A DNA stretch of 63,596 bases, filler included, from Octopus bimaculoides (GCF_001194135.2; 8 parts of 5 records of this genome joined end to end with filler, not necessarily neighbours in it), one strand, 5' to 3'; positions 50,342-63,414 are shown, counted from the first letter of the whole stretch. Numbers and translations: made by a program. The notes: a model not told the origin generated them from the letters alone.

Positions 50342-53300
50342 GTATGTATGTATGTATGTATATGTGTGTGTGTTTGTCTGCCCCATCACCGCTTGACTTC
50401 CGGTGTTGGTGTGTTTACGTCCCCATAACTTAGCGGTTCGGCAAAAGAGGTCCAATGGAATAAGTACTAGGCTTTAAAAAATAAGCCATTGTAGATTACT
50501 TCTATCCAAACCGACCGATCTTCCACCAACAGCCCCCAGTCTTCAACATTCACTCTATATTTCCATCTACTAATTCCATTTACAAAGTATTTATCCGCCC
50601 GAGTCTATATAAAAAAAAAAAGACATTTGATCATGATGCCCGTAACCTTGTGATTGGGAAGCAAACCTCTTATCACACAGCTGTCATTTTAAAAAAACAT
50701 TTTGGAAAATTATTTTTTATTTAAGCATCTAAAATGGGGTATTGGAAGATTGTTTATTTGTTAAACTGGGTCGCCATTGTAAATGGTTTTGAATCGACGC
50801 TGATTGATGGTAGAGGTGAAAGTAATATTGTTGTTGTCGTTGCTGCTGCTGCTGCTGTTTGTTGCTGTTCTTGCTACTGCTGCTGCTGCTGTTGTTGCAT
50901 AGACATCCTTCAAGTCAGTATTTATTGAGTAGAGCTAGGATCATAGTCATTCCAGCCGTGACACTCCCCCCCCCCCCGATACTTCTCATTCTTTTCCTCC
51001 GAATGTTTTGCCTACGCTCTCCCTCACTCTACNNNNNNNNNNNNNNNNNNNNNNNNNNNNNNNNNNNNNNNNNNNNNNNNNNNNNNNNNNNNNNNNNNNN
51101 NNNNNNNNNNNNNNNNNNNNNNNNNNNNNNNNNNNNNNNNNNNNNNNNNNNNNNNNNNNNNNNNNNNNNNNNNNNNNNNNNNNNNNNNNNNNNNNNNNNN
51201 NNNNNNNNNNNNNNNNNNNNNNNNNNNNNNNNNNNNNNNNNNNNNNNNNNNNNNNNNNNNNNNNNNNNNNNNNNNNNNNNNNNNNNNNNNNNNNNNNNNN
51301 NNNNNNNNNNNNNNNNNNNNNNNNNNNNNNNNNNNNNNNNNNNNNNNNNNNNNNNNNNNNNNNNNNNNNNNNNNNNNNNNNNNNNNNNNNNNNNNNNNNN
51401 NNNNNNNNNNNNNNNNNNNNNNNNNNNNNNNNNNNNNNNNNNNNNNNNNNNNNNNNNNNNNNNNNNNNNNNNNNNNNNNNNNNNNNNNNNNNNNNNNNNN
51501 NNNNNNNNNNNNNNNNNNNNNNNNNNNNNNNNNNNNNNNNNNNNNNNNNNNNNNNNNNNNNNNNNNNNNNNNNNNNNNNNNNNNNNNNNNNNNNNNNNNN
51601 NNNNNNNNNNNNNNNNNNNNNNNNNNNNNNNNNNNNNNNNNNNNNNNNNNNNNCACTCTTGTGTTCCATTATGACAGGCACACCCAGGAGTGCATGTTTA
51701 TCCTCACCCGTGCACTTGCACACAACACGCACAAATATGCGCACTGCAAAACCCCAAGAACTGTCTTGACTTAAAGAAAAGAGCCTTGCCACTTTGTGAG
51801 TGATCGGCTTGAAGTGTTCAAAGGAGAAACAAAATCTGAAAAGACACGCACGCGCACGCGCACATACACACACATACGTACACGCACACACATGTATATA
51901 CTGTAACTTCAAATTCCACGTGTAGCTTGGGCCCAGCCATCATCAGATTATAAGCGTAAATAAAATTGGTAAAGATCATAGTTCGATCTTTGTTTAGCTG
52001 ATGTCGAACTCGAGTAACGATGTATTGATACTATTAGACTATATGTGTCAGTCACCCTAATGTCTTCATGTAAACAATTATAATTTATACATACATACAT
52101 ACATACATACATACATGCATACATACATATGTGCGTGTGTGTGTGTGCGTGTGTGTGGTGTGTGTGTGTGTGTGTGTGTACTTTTGTGTTTGTATTTATC
52201 CCTCACTGCTTTCCAAACAGCGTTGTTATGTTGACATTCCTGTAACTTAGCGGTTCGGTAAAAGGTGGGGGTGGGGTTGACTATCATACTATAAAAACTA
52301 AATTAGTGTGGCTGATTACATCGGCTCAACCCTTGAAAGCCTTGCTGCAGCATAGCCACAACTTATTGACAGAAACAAGTAAATGAATAAAAGAATAAAA
52401 GAATAAAAGAACGTGTAAGTTTAGTGAGCACACTGTTAATATTTCTTCGTACATCGATCTCGAGGTTATCATATAGGCCCCTTTCCACTGGACGGCCCCT
52501 TGAGCAATAGTCTTCTACAATAGCCTTGGGCTTACCAAAGCCTTGGGCTTACCAAAGCCTTGGGCTTACCAAAGCCTTGCGAGTGGATTTGGTATACGGA
52601 AACTGAAAGAAGCCTGTCATATATATATATTGAGAAAAAAGAAGGTCGCCAGAATTTTGGATTTTTTTTTTTATTTATTCATTATTCTTTGCGCTTTCTT
52701 TCGTTTTAGAACTCGTCAAATAAAATTGTGAACGTGCAAACAGGTTGTTCATTTATATAAANNNNNNNNNNNNNNNNNNNNNNNNNNNNNNNNNNNNNNN
52801 NNNNNTTAATTAATTAANNNNNNNNNNNNNNNNNNNNNNNNNNNNNNNNNNNNNNNNNNNNCCAACTTCGACGACATCTTTTTGAAGCGAGATACATGTA
52901 TAGAAAATACAGGGGGTGGAGTTTAGTGATGACTGTTTAAACTAGGGTTACTCAACCATTTTTTTATCTATGGATCGCTTTGATATACTATTTTATTCTG
53001 GTGGACCCCCATAGCCGTTTGATATTTCAAACTAGTTTTATAGAAACTTCTTTCAAAATCCCTATTTTGTTATTCATACATTGACTTGTGTAAGTTGAAC
53101 TTTGTAAAAAGTTAGAGAGAGAAACCTAACTGTTTTTTGCAATACATACCTATACAAAGGGGTCTTTAAAATACTATTCTGGATCCCTAGTTTACTATTT
53201 TGCTGCTTGGACCCCGCCCCGCCCCACCAAAATAAATCTGATATGGACCCTGATTGAGAACTTCTGGTTTGGACCTAGCTCAGCTTGATCATATAGACCT

Positions 53301-53624
53301 ATGATCAGAAGGTTTCCATACGTGACTATCCCGTCATTGGGCAATATCTATGACAACATTATCTAATGCGTTTTCTACATATTTAAAAATTCAATAACAC
53401 ACTGTAGTGTGTGATGGAAATTTGGTTGCTATTTCTAGCAGATTGAATAACCACGTTGAATGTGTGCTTGAAGGGAAAATAGAAACGGTGACGATAAGGA
53501 GACTGGGGAGAGCAGTGAGGGGTGAGTAGCGATGTAGGTAAGTAATATAAGTATAGAAAATATAATAAATATGACAGTTTATACCAAAGATTAGAACGGC
53601 TGAGATACGAACGAAAGAAAAAGA

Positions 53625-53698
<74 letters not shown>

Positions 53699-54708
53699 TA
53701 GTAATAATAATAATAATGATGATAATAATGATAGTAATAATAATGATGATAATAGTAAAGAATTCAGTTAAAGAGGAGTGAACAGAGCTGGCTGGTGAAT
53801 GGACGGGTCGATTGGCTGATGGTAAGATAGAATCGGCAGATTGCTGAACAAACCGATTAAGAAACGAGATAGAATAACAACTAATAGACAGGAAGGATTG
53901 GGAGAAAATAAGAATAGTTATAAAGAAAGAAGACACGGGAGAGAGACAAGGAATCTGAGAGAGAGAGGGAGAGAGAATTAGAAGGATAGAGAAAATGGAG
54001 GAGAAGATATAGAGGCGAAAATGTGAATGTTAGTAGTTCTACCGCCATTAACAGACAGGACAAAGCATGCTGTAATAACGATGTTGAACGGTTTTATCTT
54101 TCTGCTTAGGCAAGTCTGGAGTCCATTACAGAAAACCAATGGCCTCTAGTACTCTATTATGAGGTCATTTCTACATGAATGCACCGGTTTATTAAATGCT
54201 TCCCCGTCTTTCTCTTAGGCTGTATGTTCTTCATTCACAATTGTCGTGTCTTTTTCTTTTGATGAAACGAAGGTTCACGTATCGGCGGGTTTACCAGAGG
54301 ACAATCATATATACATATGTGTGTGTGCGTGCGTGTGCGCGTTTTGTGTGTGTGTGTATGTATATGTATGTACATATATACACACATATAAGTATATAAA
54401 TGATTATGTACATACGCATATTTTCATATATATAAACGCATATCGAAGACCATATACGAATACACATATATATATATATATGTATATATATGTATGTATG
54501 TATATATATGCAGCTATCTACTTATCTGTCCACCTACGTACGTAGAAGCATACATATATGCATACAGAGAATTGTTCAGATATCTATACGTGTAGGAGTG
54601 CGCGTGCAAGAAAAGGAAGAATATATATAATTCTGTACATATATCTGATTTGTATTTACAAATCTCATATCAAATATGCAAATGTATCGATAATTTTAAA
54701 TGTGCATA

Positions 54709-54745
<37 letters not shown>

Positions 54746-54845
54746 NNNNNNNNNNNNNNNNNNNNNNNNNNNNNNNNNNNNNNNNNNNNTTAATTAATTA
54801 ANNNNNNNNNNNNNNNNNNNNNNNNNNNNNNNNNNNNNNNNNNNN

Positions 54846-55062
54846 CACCATTTCGAGCGTGGCCGTTTTCGTGCGGGTGACACGTAAAAGCACCCACTAC
54901 ACTCTCTGAGTGGTTGGCGTTAGGAAGGGCATCCAGCTGTAGAAACTCTGCCAAATCAGACTGGAGCCTGGTGTTGCCATCCGGTTTCACCAGTCCTCAG
55001 TCAAATCGTCCAACCCATGCTAGCATGGAAAGCGGACGTTAAACGATGATGATGATGATGAT
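54846..55062 (+). mobile_element. RTE 3' UTR tail
   Basis: ggcgttaggaagggcatccagctgtagaaac...catgctagcatggaaagcggacgttaaacgatgatg. Confidence 0.85.
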
Positions 55063-56424
55063 GATATATATATATATATATATATACACATACACAACAG
55101 GCTTCTTTCAGTTTCCGTCTAATAAATTTACTCACAAGGCATTGGTTGGACCAAGGCTATATCAGAAGACACTAGAAGTGTCACACAGTGGGATTGAACC
55201 CGGAACTGTGTGGTTGGGAAGCAAGCCTCTTACCACAAAGCCACACCATGAGGCAGGTCATCTTCCTTTTATGGTTTTCTAAAACGTTCTCTCCACACAC
55301 TGCCCTCACCCAATAAACATTGCATCATATGTGTGTGTGTGTGTGTTTACATATAGGAGAAGGTGCGGTGAAGATGTTACTGGGTAATACAGCGTGAGTA
55401 ATAGTAGTATTTGACTAATACTAATTGACTAGACACAAACTAATTGTTAATTTGCCCACTCTAGGAAAAAACTACTTAGAAGCAGACAACAATAACCTAG
55501 ACACACACACACACACACACATGTGTATCTATCCTCTTTTCAGTGTATGTGTGGGTGCATAAGCATACACACGAATGTGTTTGTGTATTTAGATGTGTGG
55601 CTCTCATCTCACCGACAGACTAAACTCTTATTGAAATATATATATATATATATATACTTGTGTATATAACATTGACCAGTGACCGGTCTGTCAAAATGCT
55701 AGAAGAAGCTCACTTAAAAAATTCTCAAATACGGATTCAGCGGAGCAAAAACAGGCGGGCTAGACCAGTGAAAATTGTACATACCTCGATTATCTGCAGA
55801 CTATAGTTTCAAAATCAACACTTTCAAAATAAAAGTGTCTATTTTTCTTCTGTACAGATTGCCGATATTTTAACAATCGAACAGAATCTCGTGCTAGTTG
55901 TCTTCAACTCGTGAAAGTGTGCACGTGATTCTATCCATNNNNNNNNNNNNNNNNNNNNNNNNNNNNNNNNNNNNNNNNNNNNNNNNNNNNNNNNNNNNNN
56001 NNNNNNNNNNNNNNNNNNNNNNNNNNNNNNNNNNNNNNNNNNNNNNNNNNNNNNNNNNNNNNNNNNNNNNNNNNNNNNNNNNNNNNNNNNNNNNNNNNNN
56101 NNNNNNNNNNNNNNNNNNNNNNNNNNNNNNNNNNNNNNNNNNNNNNNNNNNNNNNNNNNNNNNNNNNNNNNNNNNNNNNNNNNNNNNNNNNNNNNNNNNN
56201 NNNNNNNNNNNNNNNNNNNNNNNNNNNNNNNNNNNNNNNNNNNNNNNNNNNNNTATATATATATATATATATATATATGCGCAGGTGTGACTTTGTGGTA
56301 AGAAGTTTGCTTCCTAACCACATGGTCCTGGGTTCAGTCCCACTGCATGAGACCTTCGGCAAGTGACTTCTACTTTAGCCTAAGATAGACATACAGTTCT
56401 ATATTTAAGAGATGAGGAATTATG

Positions 56425-56511
56425 TACATTATTTACATTATTTGTTGGATATTTATCCTCATCAGGTGTCTTGGGGAAATTTCAATCTCAGAGTTCGATT
56501 CCAAGCAGTGA

Positions 56512-56579
<68 letters not shown>

Positions 56580-56720
56580 TCGAAAAATAACTTAGGAATG
56601 AGAACCCAGGTTTGAAATTCCCCCAAGACACCTGAAGAAGGCTGGAGGGTATATCAACCAAAACGTTGTGTTAACAACAAACAAGATGAGGACAAATATC
56701 TGCCAGATGTAAACAATGTA
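56425..56720. mobile_element. Inverted pair of Penelope-pLTR-like termini around (AAT)n, with a relic hammerhead
   Basis: 56425-56485 is a reverse, internally deleted copy of 56612-56720. The hammerhead-like core is at 56627-56672. Confidence 0.6.
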
Positions 56721-57350
56721 TACGATAGACATGTCTATATATTCAGAGTATTCCAAACGTGTCCTAATGTAATCCTTATTGTCCTTTGTACACCCTGATG
56801 AGTTTCCATACAAAGTATTTAAAATGCAAAATTATATATTTATATAAGTTTTGTAATTTTAATTTTGTTTGCGAAATGAAACAATTGTAGGTGAATATAG
56901 TAATTAATTAATGAATTAATTTGTATCCATTAGATTTCTTTGCTTTCTAACTTGATAAAAATATCTGATATTTTACGATATTTTATATAATATATTCATT
57001 GAAGAAATATCTCTTCAAAATATAATATATTAAACCTGTGTATTTTGGATAAAATATTCCTATAAGAGGTCTAAATATTCTCATAGTGACTATATATAAA
57101 TATATATGTATGTAGTTATTATCAGTGTATTTTCGGCGATTTGAATAAGAGTTTTGACTGTTATTTCCAGCAGGTAGACATACTTGGTATGTCCTTTGAT
57201 TAATTTCAATCCTTCAGCTATTTAATGCTTTCTTTTGGTCCTGCAGTTGCCTACATTATTGATTCTGCTATTATTACATTAGATAATAACAATGTCAATA
57301 ATATTTTTGCAAATATTTTCTCTTGAATTATTTGCTCCGTATTGATATGT

Positions 57351-57381
<31 letters not shown>

Positions 57382-57403
57382 CACACACATATATACACAT
57401 CAA

Positions 57404-57598
57404 TGCAGAACTATACACGAGATGTCCTCCGCATGAGATTGAACATGTATATAATTCTTCCAATTACATTTGGGGTTATATTTCAAAAGTCTTCGTTCTG
57501 GCGCACCAAATACCAGAAATAATTATTAACCCCAAATGTAATTGGTAGAACTATATACATGTTCAATCTCATGCGGACGTCTCGTGTATAGTTCTGCA
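57404..57598. repeat. Long near-perfect inverted repeat (75/72-nt arms)
   Basis: 57404-57478 versus 57527-57598: three substitutions and one 3-nt indel. Confidence 0.92.
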
Positions 57599-57615
57599 AA
57601 TTATATTGCAAAGAC

Positions 57616-57689
57616 GATCATACTGAAGAGTTGAAGACAATTACGTACGTAATTATGTAAGTAGTTGACAACGAAACTGGTCTATGATT
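57616..57689 (+). ncRNA. Type I hammerhead ribozyme, intact core
   Basis: Helix I gatcata/tatgatt; CTGAAGA 57623-29; helix II gttg/caac extended by caattac/gtagttg; GAAA 57673-76; helix III AC-tg-GT; cleavage triplet GUC (C57682). Confidence 0.8.
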
Positions 57690-58739
57690 AATCTATATAT
57701 TTTGTATCTTTTCATTTGTTTCGCTCGCTTATGTTCTGGTGTTTGCTGAATTTTCTTGAGAACAATCTTTTCTTAGTGGTCAGACCATAGGTGGTCTTCT
57801 TCTAGCAAAATGGATGTCCACTTAGTGGTCGTCCCTCTTACATGTATGTAATATAATTTTTCTGAATCTTCAGNNNNNNNNNNNNNNNNNNNNNNNNNNN
57901 NNNNNNNNNNNNNNNNNNNNNNNNNNNNNNNNNNNNNNNNNNNNNNNNNNNNNNNNNNNNNNNNNNNNNNNNNNNNNNNNNNNNNNNNNNNNNNNNNNNN
58001 NNNNNNNNNNNNNNNNNNNNNNNNNNNNNNNNNNNNNNNNNNNNNNNNNNNNNNNNNNNNNNNNNNNNNNNNNNNNNNNNNNNNNNNNNNNNNNNNNNNN
58101 NNNNNNNNNNNNNNNNNNNNNNNNNNNNNNNNNNNNNNNNNNNNNNNNNNNNNNNNNNNNNNNNNNNNNNNNNNNNNNNNNNNNNNNNNNNNNNNNNNNN
58201 NNNNNNNNNNNNNNNNNNNNNNNNNNNNNNNNNNNNNNNNNNNNNNNNNNNNNNNNNNNNNNNNNNNNNNNNNNNNNNNNNNNNNNNNNNNNNNNNNNNN
58301 NNNNNNNNNNNNNNNNNNNNNNNNNNNNNNNNNNNNNNNNNNNNNNNNNNNNNNNNNNNNNNNNNNNNNNNNNNNNNNNNNNNNNNNNNNNNNNNNNNNN
58401 NNNNNNNNNNNNNNNNNNNNNNNNNNNNNNNNNNNNNNNNNNNNNNNNNNNNNNNNNNNNNNNNNNNNNNNNNNNNNNNNNNNNNNNNNNNNNNNNNNNN
58501 NNNNNNNNNNNNNNNNNNNNNNNNNNNNNNNNNNNNNNNNNNNNNNNNNNNNNNNNNNNNNNNNNNNNNNNNNNNNNNNNNNNNNNNNNNNNNNNNNNNN
58601 NNNNNNNNNNNNNNNNNNNNNNNNNNNNNNNNNNNNNNNNNNNNNNNNNNNNNNNNNNNNNNNNNNNNNNNNNNNNNNNNNNNNNNNNNNNNNNNNNNTA
58701 TATATTTATCAAAATAAGCAACAAGGATATCCAGAGGTA

Positions 58740-58828
58740 ATGCAGTACAATCGTTTCATGCAACTCCATTTAATTGAATAATGTAATCATTACATCAATT
58801 TAAAATGCAGAACAATCTTCAGCTGCAC
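58740..58828 (-). ncRNA. Type I hammerhead ribozyme, intact core, mismatched base of helix II
   Basis: Minus strand: gtgcag-CTGAAGA-(58-nt imperfect hairpin)-GAAA-c-gatt-gt-A-ctgcat. Helix I is 6 bp; the cleavage triplet is GUA. Confidence 0.65.
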
Positions 58829-59334
58829 AAAGACATAGAATTTAATTAAATTAGAACAGATGGATACATAAATATATTTATACCTAAAATCTATATATAT
58901 ATATATATATATACATATATATATGTATATTTATATATATATATATGAGATGTGTTGCATGTGGGTTAGATGTTTAGCTCAGTGCTCTGCAACCAGTATG
59001 CAATGCCACATTAGTGTTCCATGAGACAACGCTAAGTGTGCCACAGTGTAACCTGAATATAATATTTTCCCTATACTTTTAGTTATATTTCTAGTTCAGG
59101 TGTGCCACCAAATTTTGAAAAGAATATAAGTATACTGCAAGTGAAAAGTGATTGCAGAGCTCTGGTTTTGCTCAATGTCTACTAAGATTCCAAAGTCCTC
59201 CACCATATCAATATCTGATGTTAACTCCTGGATTTTCTGGAGGAAGTTCTTGAAACATTGTAGCCAGATACAAGGAAAATAACATAGGTGCCAAGATACA
59301 TCCTTGTTTTAGTTCACACATTATCATCTTCAAC

Positions 59335-60012
59335 ATCATCATCCTTTAGCATCCGCTATCCATGCTGGCATGGGTTGGATGGATTGACTGGAACTGGTAA
59401 GGGCATGGGTTGCACCAGGCTCCAGTCTGTTTTGGCTTGGCTTCTATGATTGGATACTCTTCCTAATACCAACCACTCCATAGAGTGTACTGAGTGTCTT
59501 TTATGCGTACTGGCTGTCTCTTACATATGACTGGAAATTCTTCTGAAAGATCAGATAATTTGAGAAGAACTGATGTAACTGGCCCATTAAAAGCACCCTT
59601 CATGGTTGGGCAATATGCTGTGCTTGTGAAGATCTGTTGAGCTGAGTGAAATCGTAGTTGTGACTGATACCAGTGCCATCTGACTGGTACCTATGCTGGT
59701 GGCATTTAAAAAGTACCATTTGAGTGTTGGGCCTCATGGAGGGATTGACCAAGAATTTTGGTACCAAATGAGGCTGTGATCATGGCCAATGACGGTGTCA
59801 GTTCAATGGCACTTGTGTTGGTGGCACATATAAAGCACCCATTACACTCTTGGAGTGGTTGGCATTAGGAAAGGCATCCAGCTGTAGAAACCTTACCAAA
59901 CCAGATTGGAACCTGGTGCAACCTCCAGGCTTGCCAGTTTTCAGTCAAACTGTCCAAGCCATGCCAGCATGGGAAGCGGACGTTAAACGATGATGATGCT
60001 GATGATGATGCT
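59335..60012. mobile_element. Two RTE 3' UTR tails in opposite orientation
   Basis: Minus copy 59335-59530; plus copy with subrepeats 59560-60012 ending (GAT)n. Confidence 0.7.
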
Positions 60013-60262
60013 CACCGATAGATAATGCATATTATATAGACATAATATCTATACATTTGTGGAATGATGGCATCAGTAATTACAGAAACCTCTTGACCTT
60101 AATGTTAACTACTTTCTACACACCTAAGTACACACATGTTTAAGAAGCTACCATAACAGCAATTAAAGAAAAAAATCTCTAAATACACATACTAACACAC
60201 ACACACATACACACACACACACATATATACATGAATTTATATATATATATATATATACATAT

Positions 60263-60309
<47 letters not shown>

Positions 60310-60574
60310 NNNNNNNNNNNNNNNNNNNNNNNNNNNNNNNNNNNNNNNNNNNNTTAATTAATTAANNNNNNNNNNNNNNNNNNNNNNNNNNNNNNNNNNN
60401 NNNNNNNNNTCTCTTTATCTCTCTCTCTCTCTGTCTTCGCCACCGCTCTCACCGTCTCTATGCCTGCTATTACTCTCGCCCCATCACGAGGAATTGTAGG
60501 AGTGTCATTGAATAGTGAGAGTGGTGGTGGGGTCTAAGTGTAACACACTTACACACAGAAATTAGTTTTCGCAA

Positions 60575-60620
<46 letters not shown>

Positions 60621-61787
60621 AAATAAGTGTGTCACACTGACATTCGCATTTATAAATATATAGACACACGTATATATATGTATATTGATATATATATATG
60701 TATGTACGTATGTATATATATACATATATATATGTATATACTTACATATGTATTTATGTATGTATGTATATATATATACATATATATATATGTATATACT
60801 TACATATGCGTGTATAGAGATGTATATCTTATATACATATATGCATACACATGCGTACTCACCTAATATTTATGAGCACAACATAAAATCTCATCTTATC
60901 TCTCTCACACTCTCAGAATCTTTCAAACCCCAATCCCTCCTATACACACGTGCTCATTTGTATATATATTCACACGTGAACACTTCATACTTATCACATC
61001 ACGCACACACTGACGCACACTCACATACACACACACGCACACACACACACAAGTACACAGAAGGATATTCACACGGCACACTTATTCACACGTATTCAAT
61101 CGTACAAATTGGGTGACAGATCGCCACTTGACCAACACAAATAGAACACAAGAAGAGAAGACTATCAAATGCTTCCTTGTATGTATTTAATATCAAATCT
61201 ATCACTCTGTGTCGGTAGCCATTGTAATGGCAGGAAATTCACCGTTAGTACTCTACTTTTATGCTTTTTGAAATTTCCGAGATACAGAGAAAAGTCGTTG
61301 AAAGATCTTTAACACTGTCCAACGTACTTAGATCTTCGATAAAAAGACAGAGAGGGACGAGAAAATATGAAACAAAGAATACAACGGACAGATTTGAATG
61401 AATATTTATTCAGAATATCTCAGGACCCCAAGAAAGACAGTTATACCACAGAATGGTCACTGCTACGTATTTTATTTTAGTTTGTTTTGGTTTTGTTTTT
61501 TTAGCAGGGGTTTTTTAATGTCTGCTTTGCTTTATTTGTTTTTTTGTTTTTTAACGGGGTGGAAGGAGCATTTAATTGCATCCCTACTTCCTGATTTATT
61601 TAAAACGAATAAGTATCATATTAATTTATTCATTGTGTCCACATTTTATATCTCCTGTTATTCTTTCATTTCATTTCTTTGGGCTTGAAGTCCGTTATTT
61701 TCTTTTTTATTTCATTTTATTTTATTCTATTTTATTTTAACATTGGTTTGATATTTACAGATGTTATTATTGTTAAAGGGACAGTGT

Positions 61788-61830
61788 GATAGACAGACAG
61801 ACACACAGACAGACAGACAGACAGTCAGAC

Positions 61831-61896
<66 letters not shown>
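61788..61896. repeat. (GACA)n/(GATA)n tetranucleotide repeat
   Basis: Direct inspection. Confidence 0.95.
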
Positions 61897-61897
<1 letters not shown>

Positions 61898-61974
61898 GTG
61901 GTCTATGGTAGACTTTATAGAGTATCGTTCAAAAATATTTTGTGTTTTAAGTTTAGATCCATCTGAACTCTACT

Positions 61975-62690
61975 TTGACTTTCATTCTCCCAGGAGCTTC
62001 AAGAAAATCGAGTACCAGTATAAAGTGTATGACATTAAGCTTGTGTTAGAAATTATTGTTATACAGGAAGGCGGCGAGCTGGCAGAATAATTAGCGCGCC
62101 GGGCAAAATACTTAGCAGCCATTTCATCTGTCTTTGTGTTCTGAGTTCAAATACCACCGACTTCACCTTTTATCCTTTCGAGGTCGATAAAATAAGTACT
62201 AGTTGAATACTGGAGTCGATGCACGCGACTTACCCCTCCCCTTAAATTACTGTCCTAGTACCAAACTTTGAAATCATTACACAGGAATTCGGTGAGGTGT
62301 CAGAATAATCACCACGCCGGAAAAAATGCTTTACAGCATTTCGTCCGTCTTTACATTCTGAGTTCAAATTCCACTTCGCTTTTCATCCTTCGAAATGAGT
62401 TCCAGTTGAGCACTGTGGTCAATGTAATCGACTTGCCCACTCTTTCCAAATTGCTGGCTTTAGGCTACATCTTTGAAACTATTATTATAATGAACAGGAA
62501 GGTGGCGTGCTAGGAGAATCGTTAGCATACCGGGCAAAATGATTAGCGGCATTTCGTCCATTTTTGACTTTCGTTCTTTCCAGGTCGATAAAATAAGTAC
62601 CAGTTGAGTACCAGTGTCGATGCAATTGACTTACCTATCCCAGACAATTGCTGGCCTTGTACCAAAATTTGAAATCATTATAATAATGGA
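61975..62690 (+). mobile_element. Head-to-tail array of three complete and one partial family A SINEs
   Basis: Heads at ~62069, 62295 and 62499; each copy ends ttgaaa(tc/ct)atta. Confidence 0.8.
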
Positions 62691-63377
62691 CAGTATCCAG
62701 AAAACTCTCCCCTAAAAAAAAAAAAGAAACTACTGGCTTTGTTAGAAACAAGATAAAAACTATAATTAAATTACATCGTCGTTTTGTGGTTGTAGTATCG
62801 ATTAACACTTCTTCTCCACAAAAAATGTCAGGCTTTGTTCTACGCTAAAAAGTTATGATATATATATATATGTCTGCTTTTTGTATTCAAATACTACCGA
62901 GATGTACTTAACCATTCTATCCACTGAGATTAACTTACAATGAAAACTAGTCATGTGTCCCTTTCCATTTACTAAAACATTAGAAAATATATATTCCGAG
63001 GATTTTTTGACTAATATTTCTAGCAGACTGAGCGACTACGTACAGGCTTCTTCAATGGCACATCGCTCTTATAGTTATTAATGGCAACGTAAATGTTGAT
63101 GTTGAACATATGGCTGTTGCAGTTGTTGTTCGCGTTATTGTTATTGTTGTTATTCACACTAATTACCGTTTGGTGATGGCTTTTATTCAGGGGAAAACGC
63201 GACATTTTAATGTATTAATTAAACGAGGCTGATTGATAGGACGAGCATACAAACGGTGGCAAATATTACAGCCAATGAGAGGATCGAATAACAGGGGACA
63301 GCGGAAGTGGAGGAGAGAAACTGGAAGGGAACAGAGAGGAAATATAGTTGAAATGGAACGAAAAGTGCCACAGAAAT

Positions 63378-63414
<37 letters not shown>

